A stretch of DNA of 64,000 nt from the human T2T-CHM13v2.0 reference genome, Homo sapiens, in the NCBI RefSeq assembly GCF_009914755.1, contig NC_060925.1; one strand, written 5' to 3'. Within the stretch, counting starts at the first letter, position 1; every line of letters begins with the position of its first letter. The position numbers and the translations under genes were made by a program. Below, piece after piece: positions 59,622 to 64,000 of this stretch. A model generated the notes under the pieces. The model saw only the letters and a program-made list of their open reading frames with translations. It ran no database searches and had not been told where the DNA came from.

Positions 59622-59688
59622 TAAGTACCCACTGTTTATCGAGTTTTCTAATGTTATAAGTACCCACTGTTTATTAAGTTTTCCAATG
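59622..59688. repeat. Imperfect 35-bp tandem duplication
   Basis: taagtacccactgtttat(cg/ta)agttttc(t/c)aatg x2. Confidence 0.9.
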
Positions 59689-60619
59689 CAGACTCCAGAA
59701 TACATGACCTCATCTGTACAGTGAGGGAGCTAGACAAGGCCTCTCCAGTACTGATTTTATGACGGGTCCAAGTGAAATGATTAACTGGACGCCCTCTGGT
59801 TATTGTGTAGTGCCGAGGCCATGAAGCTAAACCATACTTTGAGTCTGAGCATTTGGAATTAGCATTTGGTTCTGGGATTGGAAATGTTTTCTTATCAAGG
59901 AAGGCTGTTTACTGCCTAGCCCATTAGTCACTTCCTTTTTACAGCCCCACACACGTTTTCACTGTCTATAAACTGCTAGGAATGTGTTTCTTCTTACTGT
60001 AAATGCTTCTCCCAGAGCATTTTTGACTCTACTAAGATTGTTGCCTAATGGCACACCTTGAGCGCCCAGAGTTGAACTGTTGGCTGTTGTTTTTTTTACG
60101 AGAATCTCACCTTCATGTTTGGGAGCTTTTCATTTAGTGCAATGTTTATCTTTCCAGTGGAGCTGCCCCACCTGACACGTCAGCAGGCCCTCCATTGTGC
60201 AGAAAAAACATGTTTACTCTGAGGAGCTGGAAAGTGCTGTCTTGTCATGTCTTTTCATCGTTTTCAGCAGTGCTTTCAATGATGTTGCTCACTTTCATTG
60301 TGTGCCTCTTCCCTCTCTCCCTCTTTGTGCCTGTCTTTCTTTCTTCCCTGTTCTTACTACTGTTCCCTCCCTGGGGGAGTTTTGTCTTTTGTATCATTTG
60401 GCAGCAGCTGCCCTTGGCCATCCCTGGGACTCCAAGCCAGGTGGAGCCACTGCCCCTGTGGCACTTGCCCTGTTGTGCCCTATACTGCTTCTCTGACTCC
60501 TTCTGGAGAGGGTTTCCTGGGTGAGACCCTGTTCCCCTGGAGGTGACCCTCCTCCCCCAGCTGCAGACAGTCCAACATGGGAAAGGGCTTGGAGCCTTTT
60601 GGCAAAATAGACCTTTTTT

Positions 60620-60815
60620 GAAAATAAAACTTTTTTTATTTAATGTGAGAAAAGCACCTAACATCTACTCTCTTAGCAAAGATTGTGAATATGATATTAT
60701 TAACTAGAATCCTCGTGTCGTACATTAGAGTTCTGGCCTTATTCATCCTACATACCTGCAACTTTGTATCCTTTGACCTACATCTCTCCCTTCCCCCAAT
60801 TCCTGGTAACTACCT
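60620..60815 (-). mobile_element. L1MA-type 3' end fragment
   Basis: catctactctcttagcaaa...tacattag...tttgtatcctttgacctacatctc...cctggtaactac. Confidence 0.65.
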
Positions 60816-60843
60816 CTTAGTTATGATGATAAATCAGTTAATA

Positions 60844-61168
60844 CAGGTTGAGCATCCTTAATCTGAAAATCCAAAATCTGAAATGCTCCAAGATCGGTAA
60901 CTTTTTGAGCACCGACATGACACCGCAAGTGGAAAATTCCACTCTTGATACCTTTGCTTTCTGATGGTTTCATGTACACAAATGTTGTTTCATGCACAAA
61001 ATTATGTAAAATTACCTTTGGCTATATAAGGTACACATGAAACATAAATGGATTTCATGTTTACACATGGGTCCCATCTCTAAGATATCTCATATATATG
61101 CAAATAGGCAACTCTAACATCTGAAACACCTGTAGTCCTAAGCATTTCAGATAGAGATACTCAGCCCA
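60844..61168. mobile_element. Tigger4 (Zombi)-like non-autonomous DNA transposon
   Basis: ta|caggttgagcatcctta...gatactcagccca|ta: degenerate TIRs with TA target; aaatctgaaatgctccaa internal motif. Confidence 0.82.
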
Positions 61169-62021
61169 TACACATAAAACTAGTGCAGTGCCTGAAGCAT
61201 ACTAAGTGCTGTTTAAGTTTAAGCTGTTATTGTTGCAGTTTCAAGGCAAAAAGTGGCCATTTCAAGCACTTTGAGACTGAGCTTGTAACTCCTTGCTCAT
61301 TTGACTGTACCAATCTGGCTAAACCCCAATTCTACATTAACTCAGGAGTATTTTTTCATTTTTGCCCTATGACACTGAACAGCACTGGAGAAAACTGCCA
61401 CCCACAGACCGATTACACATTTGTGATCCCCAAGCTCAGCCAGGGCTACTTCACCATTCAGCAGCCCTGCTTGTCCCCACCTTCTGTCTCAGTGGACAGT
61501 GACCTTCTCCTGTCACCTGCCTCTGCATTCCACCTCCATCTCGCCTCCTCTGGAACTTTGAGCAACTGGTTATCTCATGCTCCTGAATCTTCACCCAAAT
61601 TATCTGCTATTGCTGACTTGCCCTTCCTCGCCCAACTGCAGATAGATAAGGTCGGGTCTTTCTTATCTTAAAAGCTGAGCAAAATTAAGCCTTCCTTGTC
61701 CCTATGTCTCCCCCCGACCTACGACCTTACCTCTCTCCTTTCCTTGGTAGCCAGGCTTCTTGCACAGCTTGTCTGTACTCACTGTCCATTTTCTTATTTT
61801 CTCCCAGTCTTTCTGTCCACTCTTGATATCTTTTCAACCTCCAGTAATCTGGTGTCTGCTGCCCTGCCAGCCCTTCCTGAAGTTACCAGGCAGGGGTTCC
61901 TAAGGGCCACCTTTCTCTGTAGTGCTCAGCCCCGGGAATGAAGTGCACCTTTGCAGCTTCTGGGGCACCCCACACTCCTTCCCTCTTGACTCTGCTAGCT
62001 GCTTTTCAGCATGCTTTGTAG

Positions 62022-62334
<313 letters not shown>

Positions 62335-62481
62335 TGCAGGCTCCTCTTCTACCTACCCCTTAAGTGTTGGAATTTCTCCTGGACTTGCCCCTGGTATTTT
62401 TTTTTTTTTCTGACATTCCATGATTTCAACTAAAGTTTATCTTTAGGCCAGGCCTTTTTCCTGAACTTTCCATTCATGCAC

Positions 62482-62825
62482 TATAGTAATCTACACAGCC
62501 TGCCATAATAAAATGCAGTAGATTGGATGGCTTAAACAACATTTATTTCTGACAGTTTTGGAGGCTGAGAAGTCCAAGATTAAGGTGCCAGCCAATTTGG
62601 TTCCTGGTGAGAACTCTCTTCTGGTTCGCAAACAGCTGCCTTTTTGCTGTGTCCTCACAGGGTGGAAAGAGAGGGATCTCCTACATCGCTTCTTATAAGG
62701 GCATGAATCCCATCATGAGGACTGCATTCTCATGATCTAATTACCTCCCAAAAGCTCATCTCCAAGTGCTATTACATTGGGAGCTAAGGCTTCGACATAT
62801 GAACACCAACATTCAGTCCATAACA
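62482..62825 (-). mobile_element. MLT1A/MST-type MaLR LTR
   Basis: ggaggctgagaagtccaagattaaggtgcc, aatcccatcatgagg, aacattcagtccataaca. Confidence 0.82.
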
Positions 62826-64000
62826 TACCCAACAGCCTAATAGGTATCCCTACTTGACTGTTACACAGACTCTTACAATGTCAACAGGTTTAAAACTGAA
62901 CTCATCTTCTTACCTGCAATCCTGCTTCTCCTGGATTTTTCCTATAGGATGCCATTCTCCATTCAGTCACCTGAATCAGATATTTTAAGACTCATCCTGC
63001 ACATATCCCCACCCCCGCCCCCACCACAGACAAGCAAACCCTGTGCTTTCTGCCCCCTGACGATCCTTCGAATCCATCTCTTCTCCATGTTATTGCCATT
63101 GTCTTCACTCAAGCCCTCATATTTTCCACCTAGAGTATCACTTTCTCTCATTGCTGCTGGATCTATCCTCCATACTATATCTAGAGTGAAATTTTGAAGG
63201 ATGAAAATGTTTTGGTATTACTTGCTTTCAGTCCCTCAAGATAAAATGCTGACTCGTCCTGGTCAGGTCCCTCCCTACGGGACCACTTGCATTGCCTGAC
63301 ATGCCGTGGACTTCCTGCCTCTGTGCCTCTCTGCCCCTGCCCCCGCGCCCGGCCAAACCTGACAAATTTTCTGATTCCACCTGGGCTTCTGGCGAGGCCC
63401 TGTCCAAACCCTCTGTGTCTGGGGCTTCTTAGTTCTTGTTATTAGGATCTCCAGGGATGGGAAGTAGATAAGCAGCCTTCTCCTGCAGCCTGTTCTCCTG
63501 TTTTGCTACCCTGTCACTACATTACTTACTTTGTCAGTATTTATGGAACACTTTCTCTGTGCCAGAGAAACATTTTTAGGAAACATGAATGAGACACAGC
63601 CTGGCCTCAAGTCTGTAAGGGAAGACTGATGGCCAGGCACATCCAATATCATGTGCTAAGTGCACAGAACACTGCAGTAGCCCAGCTTCTCCTGATCACT
63701 GATAGAAATTTCACCCTGCTTTTTCCTGTACAGGCATGGAGAACCAAACGCTTAGTTCCCAGCACCACCCACCTACCGACCCTCCATCTCTCAGGCTAAG
63801 CACCCAGCCATCAAGACGGTCACTTCCAGGTGCAGGCTGTGGTAGAAAGCAGGCTGCTCCCTGTGCTCCCCGCCTACTGGCTGACCAAGGGGCAGAAGAG
63901 CTTCCCCTTCCCTGCCCCCACTAGCTGCAGTCAGAACCATCTTTTCTGTTAAACGCCTTTGCAGCCCTCCACAGGACTGTCTCCTCAGCTCCTGGAGTAG

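Overview
Human (primate) genomic DNA lying wholly inside the NOS1AP (CAPON) gene, + strand. Three coding exons of the PTB-domain region are present: 10619/10634-10692, 42998-43106 and 53814-53955. They splice in frame to (LLLLQ)[103 protein letters not shown]. Everything else is intron. It holds the MIR556 hairpin (52525-52619), a tailless 5S rRNA retropseudogene with a 16-bp TSD, a solo LTR7 (HERV-H) LTR, nine Alus, two twin-primed (5'-inverted) L1PA insertions and many older L1/L2/CR1/MIR/MaLR/DNA-transposon remnants. Almost all ORFs in the supplied track are spurious or repeat-derived. I see no evidence for a new protein-coding system. The most unexplained structure is a ~150-bp non-repeat element present twice, 3539 bp apart, with a 73-bp perfectly identical core. 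Its second copy sits between splice-site-like sequences and would read in frame from the upstream exon into a premature stop, so it is a candidate regulatory element or poison exon. Gene, miRNA and repeat-family names come from recall of known sequences, not from a database search, and boundaries of old repeats are approximate.
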